DNA of 64,000 bases from Promethearchaeota archaeon (GCA_016839555.1 JAEOUA010000005.1:1-64000); one strand, 5' to 3'; shown: positions 28,253 through 39,243, numbered from the stretch's first letter. Numbers and translations are program-made. The notes: generated from the letters alone by a model not told the origin.

Positions 28253-29728
28253 TTATATAGTTTGTTGGTGAATTTGAAAAATTAGGAAATCGTAATCGTT
28301 TAACTCCACTAAAAGCCCAACTTTTTTAATAACATCTGTTATATGTCTCGATTTTTTTTCTGTGATTAAATCTTTAAATTGGACGTTTTCTGAATTAACT
28401 TGCAAATGAGGGATATTAATGTAGGTTTTTACATTTTGATTGCTCATATTAATAACAATAAGATATTCGCCGCTTTTATCCCACCAATGGTAGGAAATTA
28501 TTTTCTCATCCTCAGTTCCCTCACATAATTCCCATTGACCTGCTTTAATATTATTATTTCCAATAATCTGCAATATTTTTTGATAAAAATTGAATAATTG
28601 AGTATTTTTTTCTTCAATTTTTCTTCTTTTTAATTGAACTGGGACCTTAATTTTATAACCTTTCATTTGACCTTCATGAATAAGACCCATTCCTGGTAAG
28701 GATAAAACCAATACAGCAGCAACTTTTGATTCTTTCTCTTCTAATCGCTTAGCTACCCTTTGTTCATCATGATTTTCTATAAATCTCACCAATCTTTTCT
28801 GATAATCAAAATCTGCAGTTAAATGATCCTTTATGCCCTTTATATTATAATCCATTATTCTATCATATAAACGCTTGTCGTAACAATAGTCAATTCCTTG
28901 TTGCAGTAAATCCCACTCCATATCCCAATAGACTTCTGCAATAAATTTAAAATCGGGATACTTTTCCTTGATTCTTGGTATAATATCTTCCCAGAATTCC
29001 TTTTCAGGAACTTTATCCACCTTGTCTTTCCACGTATTTTTAAAAACTTCATTTGTCATTAACATAGCCATATCACATCTAACTCCATCACATTGCTCAG
29101 CAATCAACAGCAAGGTGTCAATAGCTTTTTGTCTTGCTCTTGGAGAGAATGCATTGATTTGGATCGTATCTGTCCATGCAGGAAAATTGGGATCTTTTCC
29201 ATGAGCATAAATCTTATCATACATTTTAAAATAAGCATCTGGACTTCTTCTTAAATCTTCTTTAGTGCCTTCAACAAAAATATCCAAGGTTTCTAAAGTC
29301 CAAAGATGATCCCTGGCGACGTGATTTGGGACATAATCTAAAATCAATTTTATATTTCTTTTTTTTAAATTCTCCCTAAAAGTTTGAAGAGCTTCTGGTC
29401 CACCTAAATGCGAATCGACATGATAATAATAAACCGCGTAGGGAGAACCTATTATATCACCGAAAACAAAATCGTCTAGAGCCGCATGGAACTCTTTTTG
29501 GAGTCCTAAGTGTTCTTGCGCGATTTTCTTGCTTGCAAGGCTTCTTTCCCAAACACCCATAAGCCAGACCGCATCAAATTTATTTAAATAAGTATCAAAA
29601 ATCTCTTCAGGAACAGTATCAAGCTTGATTTGTTTGTTGTAATTTTTCGTTAATTCTTCTAACCAAACCCAAGTGTTAATCTCGATTATATTCGGATGAG
29701 ATTCCCAATAATTAACTGAATTTTTCAT
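28253..29728 (-). CDS. GH13 alpha-amylase family glycosidase
   Basis: LDYVPNH, DGVRCDMA, AEVYW, ENHDE. Confidence 0.9.
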   Translation of the reverse strand: MKNSVNYWESHPNIIEINTWVWLEELTKNYNKQIKLDTVPEEIFDTYLNKFDAVWLMGVWERSLASKKIAQEHLGLQKEFHAALDDFVFGDIIGSPYAVYYYHVDSHLGGPEALQTFRENLKKRNIKLILDYVPNHVARDHLWTLETLDIFVEGTKEDLRRSPDAYFKMYDKIYAHGKDPNFPAWTDTIQINAFSPRARQKAIDTLLLIAEQCDGVRCDMAMLMTNEVFKNTWKDKVDKVPEKEFWEDIIPRIKEKYPDFKFIAEVYWDMEWDLLQQGIDYCYDKRLYDRIMDYNIKGIKDHLTADFDYQKRLVRFIENHDEQRVAKRLEEKESKVAAVLVLSLPGMGLIHEGQMKGYKIKVPVQLKRRKIEEKNTQLFNFYQKILQIIGNNNIKAGQWELCEGTEDEKIISYHWWDKSGEYLIVINMSNQNVKTYINIPHLQVNSENVQFKDLITEKKSRHITDVIKKVGLLVELNDYDFLIFQIHQQTI

Positions 29729-29954
29729 TTCAAATCATTTTTTTAGTATTATTATTTTAATTTACTATATTATATTTTAAATTAAGATGTCTCCCTTTTA
29801 ATTATTTAATGATTTTACTTATTCACTAACCTTAGAAATTAATTTGAATTTAGATTGGAATCGAAAGATTAAAAAAAGGAATAAATTAAATAATCATAAT
29901 TTTTATAGTATAATAGATTAGAACTAATGAAAAAATAATAAAAGGAGTAATAAA

Positions 29955-30521
29955 ATGAGTGAAAAAGAAGACTTACGGAAACTAATCATGCTTATAAGCG
30001 AATTGAGAGCGAAAGATGAAGAACGATATGGTGCACACGTACAATTTATGAATGAAGTCATTAAAATGATTAGAGCTATAGAATCCCAAATCAATAAACA
30101 TTTAAATACAGTAATGGATACATTAAACGATTTAAATGAAGATATTAAACAGAAATTAGATACATTACTCACTGGTATTAATCCAAAAGGTTTAAAGGAG
30201 ACTTCAAGCTCCTTAAAAGAAATAATGGAAACTATGAATAAAAGCGTCCAATCCATGAATCTTGAAAAAATTTTAAGTGAAATAAAATATATTCAATCAC
30301 AACAAATTCCTGCAGCTTCCAGATCTACTTCATCGGGAGAACACCCAGAACAAATAAGCACAAACCTTAAACAACCTGGCTATCAAACCCCATCAAAGGC
30401 TCAAGCCTCTCAAGGGCAAGATACCGCGGATGAAGAATGGGTTGATCCACATGAGAAAAAGAAAAAGGAAGAGGATGAAGAGCCACATTTGCTTAAACCC
30501 AGCGATTTCTTCGGAGATTAA
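29955..30521 (+). CDS. coiled-coil protein with disordered C-terminal tail
   Basis: AGGAG RBS; heptad N-terminus, low-complexity linker, terminal LLKPSDFFG. Confidence 0.75.
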   Translation: MSEKEDLRKLIMLISELRAKDEERYGAHVQFMNEVIKMIRAIESQINKHLNTVMDTLNDLNEDIKQKLDTLLTGINPKGLKETSSSLKEIMETMNKSVQSMNLEKILSEIKYIQSQQIPAASRSTSSGEHPEQISTNLKQPGYQTPSKAQASQGQDTADEEWVDPHEKKKKEEDEEPHLLKPSDFFGD

Positions 30522-30688
30522 AATAAATAAAGATCTAGTGAATTGTAAGAAAGATCATAATTATTAGATAAATTGATTTAATCAAGATAAATAATATCTA
30601 GATTTTCTTAATTTTAATATTTCTTTTTGTTTCAGAGAAAAATATTAAAGTACTCATCTTTAAATATTAAAAGATCCCCCCATTGGAA

Positions 30689-32029
30689 TTAATGAAACAT
30701 TTCAATGAAGGCGCCTAGCCTGGTCTTAACCTGTTCCACGTTATCCCCAATCTTATTGAAATTTATAACGGTTGTAGGTATTTCAAGTTTATTTCTTATT
30801 TTTTTACGTAGTAATGAATAACAATTAGAGATAGAATGGCAACCAAATATTTGATTGAATACAAGCCCATCTACATTTAATGCTTTTGCTGTCTCAATAT
30901 AGCTGTCAGTGAGAGCATCTTGGTCATATCCTACTCCATTAACTGTTGCGTTAAATAAAAACTTTGCATATTCTTCTACGGGATTAGAGTTTTTTGAAAC
31001 GGGAATAATTTCCAAAAGTTTAAGAATTTCCCAATCTGCGTATATAGTTCGTGCTCCTAATTTATAGAGAATTTCATGAGTTTCGGGCTCCCATCCACCA
31101 AAAACAGGAGTTAATAAAATTCTCGGCATATTAGATACATCCATTCCAATTCCTTTTTCTATTCTTTCTCTGATTTCTTTTACCAAATAGCTAAAATTCT
31201 CCAAATATCTCTGATTATCAGAGTTATAGTCTTGGAAAGATAATCCCAGAAGTGCTAAAATTTCGGCAAATGTCGCGGGATTACATGGATAAAAATCAGA
31301 AGCACTTAATTCAAATAGAATGGTTTTGTAAAATCTCTTAATTTGATTCCCTATACGAAATTGTTTATTAAGACTATTATCTGTAACAATATTTCCAGTT
31401 ACATCTTCAAGCTCAGAAATCGCTTTTGAAACATTATCGGTTAATAATTCTAAGGCATTATTAATATCTCGTGGTGGTATATCCACCCATATTTGTCGCG
31501 GAACAAATTCCTTCAAAGATTCTGAATATTTATTCCACGCACTGCAACGAATCGTAAAATTGATATTAGCATCTAAATTCTTTGCTTTCGATATAAACAT
31601 TCCTGTAAGCGCTGTAATTCCATAACAAAAATCACTTGATATCCCATGTTCAATACCCAAATCATAAAGATCATTATATTTATCATTAATAGTATGAATC
31701 ACATCATCCAGCACTGTATCAAGTATCTTTAATACATCGAATTTCCTTACAAATGAAAGTAATTTTGTGGTTAAATCCCATCCAATCAAACTAGTAGCAG
31801 AATTTAAAGCCGAAAGATAGGAATGAACCTTGAATTTTTCCATCCTTATAGGAAATACAGGAACTCCTCCGGACGCGAAGACTAAATCTGAAAATGGCAG
31901 TGCAACTGATATAAGTTTTTTTCTTTCTTGGAATTTCTTTTTCTTTAAATAGTCTCTCCCTGCTAAGAAATTATAGGCTAGCTGAAGGACAGACTTAAAA
32001 TTCACTACATCATCCGTAAATACACTCAT
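30689..32029 (-). CDS. 2-hydroxyacyl-CoA dehydratase subunit (HgdA/FldB family)
   Basis: Three Fe-S Cys (DFCYG, IRCS, GCHS); C-terminal EQVKTRLGAFIEM. Confidence 0.85.
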   Translation of the reverse strand: MSVFTDDVVNFKSVLQLAYNFLAGRDYLKKKKFQERKKLISVALPFSDLVFASGGVPVFPIRMEKFKVHSYLSALNSATSLIGWDLTTKLLSFVRKFDVLKILDTVLDDVIHTINDKYNDLYDLGIEHGISSDFCYGITALTGMFISKAKNLDANINFTIRCSAWNKYSESLKEFVPRQIWVDIPPRDINNALELLTDNVSKAISELEDVTGNIVTDNSLNKQFRIGNQIKRFYKTILFELSASDFYPCNPATFAEILALLGLSFQDYNSDNQRYLENFSYLVKEIRERIEKGIGMDVSNMPRILLTPVFGGWEPETHEILYKLGARTIYADWEILKLLEIIPVSKNSNPVEEYAKFLFNATVNGVGYDQDALTDSYIETAKALNVDGLVFNQIFGCHSISNCYSLLRKKIRNKLEIPTTVINFNKIGDNVEQVKTRLGAFIEMFH

Positions 32030-32033
32030 TTAA

Positions 32034-33167
32034 TCAAATCATCTCCATAAATGCTTCTATTCTTGTAGATAATTGCCCCCTAATAGAACGGGAATAATCA
32101 CGTTCCAGATTTAATACTTGAACCCCTCGCTCCTGAAGTCTCTCTTTAAATGCAGACTGGAAAAGGCTGAAATGATCGCAGAATTTAATAATGTGGTTAA
32201 TAACTCCGAGCTTGTTGCCGAATTTCTTATGATAATCGTTTACATAATTTTCAATGAAGATAATTTTGTTTTCCAGCGAATTCGGGACACAATGGTCACC
32301 ATAGACATTATTTTCAAATCTATTCGTTAGCAACTCCATGGGATCATCAATAGAATTTAATATTTTGTCAGAGAAAGTTTGAGAATAATAATTATTTCCT
32401 ATCCATGTATCAAATAGTATAATATTACCTCCAATTTCTTCTATTAAATCAATCAAATAATCTCCAATAAAAATGGAGCATCCGGTAAAAATAATTTTTT
32501 TAGAATTATTCTTAGATTGAGATGTATTTCTATGGGTTTCAATGAACTGTTCTATTTCAGGTTGTATTTCTGGTCCAAATAGCATTGCTTCTTGATACAT
32601 TTTTAACTTTTCAGATCCCATAATATTTAGTTTACTTACTTCTTCAACTTTTTTCTTAAAATCATTACGCCTAATTATATTTTCCTTAATTTTATAGTCT
32701 GGAATTCGTTCTCTTGTGATATCCTCAATTTTCTTCTTTAAATGATTTAGTTCTATTTTGTAATATTTTAATGCATTAGAATTTCGAGTATAAGACACAT
32801 AAAAATCTAATCTATCAAGATTAAAATTATCGGAAATAACCTCCGAAACGCATATATTTGAAACGCAATGATTTGATAATAAGATATAATCTGCCAGATT
32901 TAAAAATTCATACATCCTTGGAGCGGAAGAAAAGTATCCAATACAACTCTGAGCATAACTACACGTTGAAGGAGGTAAATATGTATGGCTTGCATCCATT
33001 AATTCGTCATTTCCAGCAAAAATCAATGGTAATGGAGTGAAGCCCGCTGCTTCCAGAAGTTCTATAGGAATATTATCATGAGCGAGAAATGCGATAATTT
33101 TGCTTCCATTGGATTTCTTTTCTTCCAAAAATGAATCGAAACGAGACAAAAGCTCAACTGAGGACAT
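32034..33167 (-). CDS. 2-hydroxyacyl-CoA dehydratase subunit (HgdB/FldC family)
   Basis: PIELLEAAG, TCSY, KFCD, GQLSTRIEAFMEM. Confidence 0.88.
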   Translation of the reverse strand: MSSVELLSRFDSFLEEKKSNGSKIIAFLAHDNIPIELLEAAGFTPLPLIFAGNDELMDASHTYLPPSTCSYAQSCIGYFSSAPRMYEFLNLADYILLSNHCVSNICVSEVISDNFNLDRLDFYVSYTRNSNALKYYKIELNHLKKKIEDITRERIPDYKIKENIIRRNDFKKKVEEVSKLNIMGSEKLKMYQEAMLFGPEIQPEIEQFIETHRNTSQSKNNSKKIIFTGCSIFIGDYLIDLIEEIGGNIILFDTWIGNNYYSQTFSDKILNSIDDPMELLTNRFENNVYGDHCVPNSLENKIIFIENYVNDYHKKFGNKLGVINHIIKFCDHFSLFQSAFKERLQERGVQVLNLERDYSRSIRGQLSTRIEAFMEMI

Positions 33168-33302
33168 ATTGAATTATAAATAATAAATGATATTAATCAA
33201 AAAAAGATAAAATTCTTGATAAAATTTATTGATTTTTATAAAAATAATAATCTATTTATGATATTTATTCATTATATTTTTTTAAATAATCATTATATGG
33301 TT

Positions 33303-34082
33303 TTAATTCGCATTTTTTTCCATTGCTATTAACGCAGCTCCAATAGCTCCCGTTAATTGAGGATATTTTGGGCGGACAATTTCGAAACCCAGTTCTTTTT
33401 CTAAATATTTCTTGACCGCTATATTCTGAGCGACCCCACCAGTAAATACTAATTGTTGCTCAACACCGATTCGCTTTGCCATACTTGCTACTCTTTTTGC
33501 AATTGATTTGTGAATCCCTGCAGCTATATCCTTTTTAAGGCTTCCTTGAGCAAATAAACTAATTACCTCACTTTCAGCAAATACAGTACAAGTAGAACTG
33601 ATCGCGGCAGGTTTATGTGATTCTAAAGCAAGTGTTCCCATATTATCAATTGGGATTTCTAATGCATGTGCCATCACTTCTAAAAAGCGTCCTGTTCCCG
33701 CAGCGCACTTATCGTTCATTTGAAAGTCGATTACATTGCCATTCTTCCTAGATATTAAGATTGCTTTACTATCCTGCCCTCCGATATCAATAACAGATCT
33801 TGCTTCAGGATAAAAATATTGGGCTCCACGAGCATGTGCACTTATTTCAGTGATTCTGTCATCCGCAAATTCTATTGTATTCCGCCCATATCCCGTACTC
33901 ATGATAAACACATCAGTTCTGGAGAGGTTGTTTTTCGTCAATATATCTTTTAATAAATCGCGCCCGACCTTTTTAAAATCATAAGTAGATCGATTTTGAC
34001 GCCAATCTATCATTGTTTTATTCCCGTTGACCAAAACCACTTTAGTTTCTAAAGAACCTATGTCAATACCTATAAATTTCAT
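33303..34082 (-). CDS. 2-hydroxyacyl-CoA dehydratase activator (HgdC/FldI, ASKHA ATPase)
   Basis: GIDIGS, TGYGR, IDIGGQDSK, MNDKCAAGTGRFLE, CTVFAESEVIS. Confidence 0.95.
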   Translation of the reverse strand: MKFIGIDIGSLETKVVLVNGNKTMIDWRQNRSTYDFKKVGRDLLKDILTKNNLSRTDVFIMSTGYGRNTIEFADDRITEISAHARGAQYFYPEARSVIDIGGQDSKAILISRKNGNVIDFQMNDKCAAGTGRFLEVMAHALEIPIDNMGTLALESHKPAAISSTCTVFAESEVISLFAQGSLKKDIAAGIHKSIAKRVASMAKRIGVEQQLVFTGGVAQNIAVKKYLEKELGFEIVRPKYPQLTGAIGAALIAMEKNAN

Positions 34083-34232
34083 CGAAAATGACCAAGAATA
34101 TTAATTTGAGTTAAAAAATGAAATATTCCTAAAAAATTAATCGTCTAACTCAATTTCTTAGGTAGAAATAAAAAAAATAGATTTTTATAGAGAAAAGAAT
34201 AAATATAGAAAAAATAAATATTCATATATAAA

Positions 34233-36293
34233 ATGGAGTCCTTTAAAAAAAAATTTAAGAAAATAGACTCTAATGTCGTTCTTTTGAGTATCCTATTTTT
34301 ATTCTTTTTGCAGTTGATATCAGATTTCTTAGAGACAATTTATGCTCTAAATTTAATTGAAGTAGAACTCAATGAAAATATTCTGGCGCTTTTATTCTTA
34401 TTAACTCCTATTATTTTATTGTTTTTCAAAAAGGGAGTTCCAGACAAATATATTGTCGTTATCGGAGAAATTTTGGTCATTTCGAGAATCTTAGAGGTGT
34501 TTTTCAATGGAACGGTGAAAATGGTTATTACGGGCATCGGGTCAGGAGTGTTTTTACTATTTTTTCCCCTTTATCTTCAAAAGCTCTCAATTGGAAATAA
34601 GGAAAAGTATGGAATAGAGTTTGGGTTAGGTCTCGCGATTGCAGTGTTACTCTCAATATTTTTTAGAGTTTTGGGTTCTTCGGTAGATATTTCAATTTTT
34701 AGTTGGTTTCAATCAATCGGGTGGATTTTAGCGATTATCGAGGCAATTCTTATATATAATATAATTAATCGTGAGGAATTTAAAGTAGCTTCTAGTTCTA
34801 ATAGTTCAAAAGAATATAGTAAACCTGTGAGTACTCTTAAAGTATTGGGATTATGCATCGGAATCATAGGAATAATCGTATTGATATATTTTGTATTCAG
34901 CAGTCCCACTGTGATTTCCCGATGGGCGGAAGGTAATTATTTTTCTATTATTTACCTTCTTGCTATTGAAATCTCGATATTTATTTTATTAATGGTCTAT
35001 AAGCCTGAATTATTAAACGCCCTAAAATTTTGGATGCTATTACTATGGAATGTTCTCTTTATATTTGCCCTTGTCGTATTAATTATGGTAAATCAAACAT
35101 TTTTTATCCTTGTAGAATATTATCCCGTGATTGCTGCTCCTACATCCCTATGGAGTTATATATTGTTATATATGATGTTAGCTCTTTCTCCCATAATTTT
35201 GATTGATTTCGTTTTACTGTCAAGAGAAATAATAAAAGGTCAACCATCAGTGCGAAAAATAGGCGGAAGCTTTACCGTTGCATCAGTAGTTTTTTTAATT
35301 CTTATCTTAGCAAATGTCTTCACCATCGTTTGGGATTATATTCCACTTATTGGTAATTTTTTCAGAGATATGTATTGGTTTGTATTTTTATTGACTGGAA
35401 TCTTCATAGCAATTCCCATATTATTAGTAAGAAAGAGTAGAGTTGATTTTACAACAGTATTTTCGAAGCTAAAAATAAAGCTCCTATTGACGGCAATAAT
35501 ATCAATTATTTTGAGCTCAGTTATCATTGTAGGATTTGTATTAAAATATCCTTACGAGCAACCTATTGGATTTGAACCTAATATTAGAGTATTATCTTAC
35601 AATATTCAGCAAGGATTTGATGAATCTGGGAATAAAAACTTCGAAGGGCAAACACAAGTGATATTAAAGGCGAATCCCACAATAATAGGGTTACAAGAAT
35701 CAGACACTTGTCGAATTTCAAGCGGAAATTTAGATATTGTAAGATATATTAATAATAGACTTGGTTATTATAGCTATTTTGGTCCAAAAACTACTACTGG
35801 CACTTTTGGTATCGCTTTATTATCCAAATATCCGATTCTTAACCCTAGAACATTTTACATGGAGACTAAGGGAGAACAAACAGCCACAATAGAGGCGCAA
35901 ATTATTATTAATGCAAAAATTTATTTTGTATACGTAACCCATTTGGGGAACTATAAACATCCCTTAATCGATCCATCGCAATATATAGAACAAGAACAAC
36001 TTTTACGTAGGATTGTAGGGAGAAAAAACGTTATTTTAATGGGAGATTTTAATTTTAACCCTAATACAGAACAGTATAACCTCACGACTACTCTATTAAA
36101 TGATTGTTGGGAAATTGCAAATACTAGCCTTATAGGGGATATTCCAATTGGGTGGCGATTTAGATTGCCTTATCTAAGAATAGACCATATCTTTGTCTCG
36201 GATGAGTTAAATACCTCAATTACTGGATGCTATTATTTTGGTGGCACTGCCTCAGATCATCCTGCGGTAGCGATTGACATTAGAGCATTCTAG
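34233..36293 (+). CDS. polytopic membrane protein with C-terminal EEP domain (Cwh43/PGAP2IP-like)
   Basis: About 12-13 TM helices, then SYNIQQG, GLQESD..RI..GN.D, GIALLSKYPI, THLGN, GDFN, IDHIF, SDH. Confidence 0.85.
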   Translation: MESFKKKFKKIDSNVVLLSILFLFFLQLISDFLETIYALNLIEVELNENILALLFLLTPIILLFFKKGVPDKYIVVIGEILVISRILEVFFNGTVKMVITGIGSGVFLLFFPLYLQKLSIGNKEKYGIEFGLGLAIAVLLSIFFRVLGSSVDISIFSWFQSIGWILAIIEAILIYNIINREEFKVASSSNSSKEYSKPVSTLKVLGLCIGIIGIIVLIYFVFSSPTVISRWAEGNYFSIIYLLAIEISIFILLMVYKPELLNALKFWMLLLWNVLFIFALVVLIMVNQTFFILVEYYPVIAAPTSLWSYILLYMMLALSPIILIDFVLLSREIIKGQPSVRKIGGSFTVASVVFLILILANVFTIVWDYIPLIGNFFRDMYWFVFLLTGIFIAIPILLVRKSRVDFTTVFSKLKIKLLLTAIISIILSSVIIVGFVLKYPYEQPIGFEPNIRVLSYNIQQGFDESGNKNFEGQTQVILKANPTIIGLQESDTCRISSGNLDIVRYINNRLGYYSYFGPKTTTGTFGIALLSKYPILNPRTFYMETKGEQTATIEAQIIINAKIYFVYVTHLGNYKHPLIDPSQYIEQEQLLRRIVGRKNVILMGDFNFNPNTEQYNLTTTLLNDCWEIANTSLIGDIPIGWRFRLPYLRIDHIFVSDELNTSITGCYYFGGTASDHPAVAIDIRAF

Positions 36294-36349
36294 CAATAAA
36301 ACAAATAAGAGTTAATTTAACTCTTTAATTTTTTTTATTTTTATATAGT

Positions 36350-37048
36350 CTATCCAGCAGAAGTGAATAAAAGGATTGGCACTATCAACAGAAAAGTTAT
36401 AATAAAGGCGGCTATCATTTGAAAAATGTTTTTTAGGATAGATTCTTTAGAGATTTTTCCTAAGAAAACTCCAAGCAACACAATGATACCTAGTATTATT
36501 ATAAATGAAATTATAAATGCAGGGATCTCTGCTTCTGTAACGAAAAAGAAGGGTATCAAAGGAACAAAACCGCCTAAGAATGGTGCCCCGCCATTGACCA
36601 GAGAAACCACTTTATTAGCAAGACTCTCTGCTTTCTCATATAAGGTCTCCACTTTTGTTTTTTCTTCAGGTTCTTTTTTCTGCTTTCGCCTAAATTTTTT
36701 AATTTTTATTTTTTTTAACATCGCTTTTTGAATTTCTTCTTCATCCATTTCAGCCTCCGCGTCTTCTAATTCCGTTCCTAACTGACCCATAGCTCTTTCA
36801 ATCTCAAACTTTATCTTTTTTTGTTCTGCTTTTTCTGATAAATAAGAACCAGAAAATCCCGAGATAAACATTGAAATGCAAGTACCCAGACCAGTCATTA
36901 TGATTATGTATGAATCGACACTAGATTCCTCTCCTTTAAGAATTATTGTTAGAAAGGCAATTAAACTTCCCGTGATTGTTATTGCACCATCATAGAAATT
37001 ATTTACAAAATATCTACGTGCGATGGCTGCAAGATTAGTTATTTTCAC
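36350..37048 (-). CDS. VIT1/CCC1-family membrane protein (archaeal TIGR00267-like)
   Basis: ARRYFVNNFYDG, SG..GSYLSEKAE, PLIPFF. Confidence 0.8.
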   Translation of the reverse strand: MKITNLAAIARRYFVNNFYDGAITITGSLIAFLTIILKGEESSVDSYIIIMTGLGTCISMFISGFSGSYLSEKAEQKKIKFEIERAMGQLGTELEDAEAEMDEEEIQKAMLKKIKIKKFRRKQKKEPEEKTKVETLYEKAESLANKVVSLVNGGAPFLGGFVPLIPFFFVTEAEIPAFIISFIIILGIIVLLGVFLGKISKESILKNIFQMIAAFIITFLLIVPILLFTSAG

Positions 37049-37252
37049 ATAAGTTTTCCATCTACTTATTTCTGAAATTGAAAATCCCCTTGTATCGTAA
37101 ATTAAAATTCTTTTTCATTTTACTATAATTATTAAATTGTTCAATTAAAAAAAATATAAAGAATTAAATAATTAAAAATATAGCTACTAATTTATATTAC
37201 GAGACTTGTTTTTAACCTCAAAAACGCACCGAATTTAAAAAAAACAGGGAAA

Positions 37253-38206
37253 ATGAGCAAAAAAATTATTATTATAGATCTTGGAACTTATAGCGTAAAG
37301 GTTGGGATAGCAGGAGCCGCAAAACCTCAATATAACATAAGAACTATAATGGGATATTCAAAGAATTCTGAACATCTCCTTTATGGAAATGAAGCATTAA
37401 AAAAGAGTCAAGAGCCGCTTCCATTAATAGATTATAAGTGGGATATCATGGAAATACGATGGAGTAAGATCTTCGAATTTTTTCGCTTTATTTTTGAGGA
37501 AAAATTAAGATTTTCTATCTCTGAATTGAAAAATTATTCTATTGTTTTTTTAATTGGTCCTTTACAACCGCGTTCTCATTTTTTAAAATATTATGAATCT
37601 TTTTTTTCTAAATTTAAAATAGCGAAAATGCTAGTTTTGTCAGCAACCAGGATTGCTTTATTAGCTTCAAGGAAAACAACGGGTATTGTTGTAGATATTG
37701 GATATAAATCAACTCGCGTTGTTCCTTTTTATGAGGGATTTAGACTTCCGCATGCGTTTAATCATCAAGATCTAGCTGGAAAAGATATTGATGATTATGA
37801 TGAAAATATTCTTGAATATCCCACAATTCCAGAGAAAGATTATCTCGCCCCAACTTCAGAATTAATTTTAAAAGCAATTGAAAGATGTGATGAGTCTATA
37901 AAAGATGAATTATATTCGAATATAATACTTTCGGGATGGTGGAGTGCAGATAAAAAAGTCGTAACTTTATTGAAAGAGTCATTGGAAAAAGAAAGGAGTG
38001 ATAAGGATATTAATGTCGTTATTCCTTCTTCTCATTATTATAACTGGTTTTCGGCTTCTCTACTAGCTACTAAAAAATTAAAGAAGATAGCAAAAATAAG
38101 GTATCTTTCAAAAAAAAAATACTATGCTAAGAAAGAATTAGATACTTATCTCACCCTTGCGGGTATTAAAACAAAAAAATGGGGTCTCATTTCATATCCA
38201 TTATGA
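37253..38206 (+). CDS. divergent actin-family protein (actin-related, shortened)
   Basis: IDLGTYSVKVGIAG, LASRKTTGIVVDIG..STRVVPFYEG..LPHA...DLAGKDI.DY and CD..IK.ELYSNIILSG align with actin phosphate-1, phosphate-2 and adenosine motifs. Confidence 0.9.
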   Translation: MSKKIIIIDLGTYSVKVGIAGAAKPQYNIRTIMGYSKNSEHLLYGNEALKKSQEPLPLIDYKWDIMEIRWSKIFEFFRFIFEEKLRFSISELKNYSIVFLIGPLQPRSHFLKYYESFFSKFKIAKMLVLSATRIALLASRKTTGIVVDIGYKSTRVVPFYEGFRLPHAFNHQDLAGKDIDDYDENILEYPTIPEKDYLAPTSELILKAIERCDESIKDELYSNIILSGWWSADKKVVTLLKESLEKERSDKDINVVIPSSHYYNWFSASLLATKKLKKIAKIRYLSKKKYYAKKELDTYLTLAGIKTKKWGLISYPL

Positions 38207-38418
38207 TTTGGAAAAGACTTTGGGAAAATGTGAATAATATCAAAAAAATTAGACTTAAAGAATTTTTTATTTTTAAATTAAGAAAATTATGATTTACCCA
38301 TCTATGAAGATTTAAATATTACTAAATTATTTTCTATATGTTTAAAAATTAAATTAACAAAATCATTTAATTAAGCAAACCTTTTAATTCAGAAAAAGTG
38401 ATTTATAAAGTGAGATAA

Positions 38419-39078
38419 ATGAGTTTAAAAAAGAATACCATAAAAAAAACAAAAAACCAAATTCTTACATTACTAATTGAACATTCAAGGATTATTTATA
38501 GCGTTATATCAGAGATGGGAGTATTTTATACCTCATGGAAAGAAAACCCTGAGGGAAATAAAGAAGAAATGGAAAAGAAGAAAAATAAATTACAAATGTT
38601 AGAAGAAGATGCAGATGCTATTAAAATAAGATTGATTAAAGAATTTTCCGAAGCAGGTACTCAAGGTATGGGGAATTATATGACCTTAATCTTACGGATG
38701 GATAATGTAATAAATTCTGCCTTAGAATTCGTTGATCTTTTATCAAAAATTCATAATCTCAATGAAATTAATAATAATATTGAGTCGCGGTATGACAAAC
38801 TTATAAATGAATTACTTAAAATGACAGATATTTTAAAATTAGCAATTAAAAATTTGCAAAATAAACCTCAAAAAGTGTTAGAAAATACGACCACAATCCA
38901 TGAAATCGAAAATGAAATCGATATAATATTCAGAGAATTTTTAGATTATTTATATGATAATGACAATATAAGTATTAGATTAATCTTCAGACTAAGAGAT
39001 AGTATTAAGGTTTTGGAGGAGCTTGCAGATAGAATACATGATATCGGAGATTTAATTAGAGTCATCAGATACTCTTAA
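38419..39078 (+). CDS. DUF47 / PhoU-like phosphate transport regulator
   Basis: LEEDADAIK, IENEIDII, LEELADRIHD repeats. Confidence 0.85.
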   Translation: MSLKKNTIKKTKNQILTLLIEHSRIIYSVISEMGVFYTSWKENPEGNKEEMEKKKNKLQMLEEDADAIKIRLIKEFSEAGTQGMGNYMTLILRMDNVINSALEFVDLLSKIHNLNEINNNIESRYDKLINELLKMTDILKLAIKNLQNKPQKVLENTTTIHEIENEIDIIFREFLDYLYDNDNISIRLIFRLRDSIKVLEELADRIHDIGDLIRVIRYS

Positions 39079-39243
39079 AATAGATACATCTGAATTCATA
39101 GATAATTTATAATAAGCTCATTTATACCCTATTTTAAGTTTTTATTAGCTATATTTTTTGTTAAACGATATATTTTGTGATCTCTTCTTCTTTATTTTAT
39201 AAAAAACATTGCTCTTCATAAATCTGAGACTTAGATTATTTTA

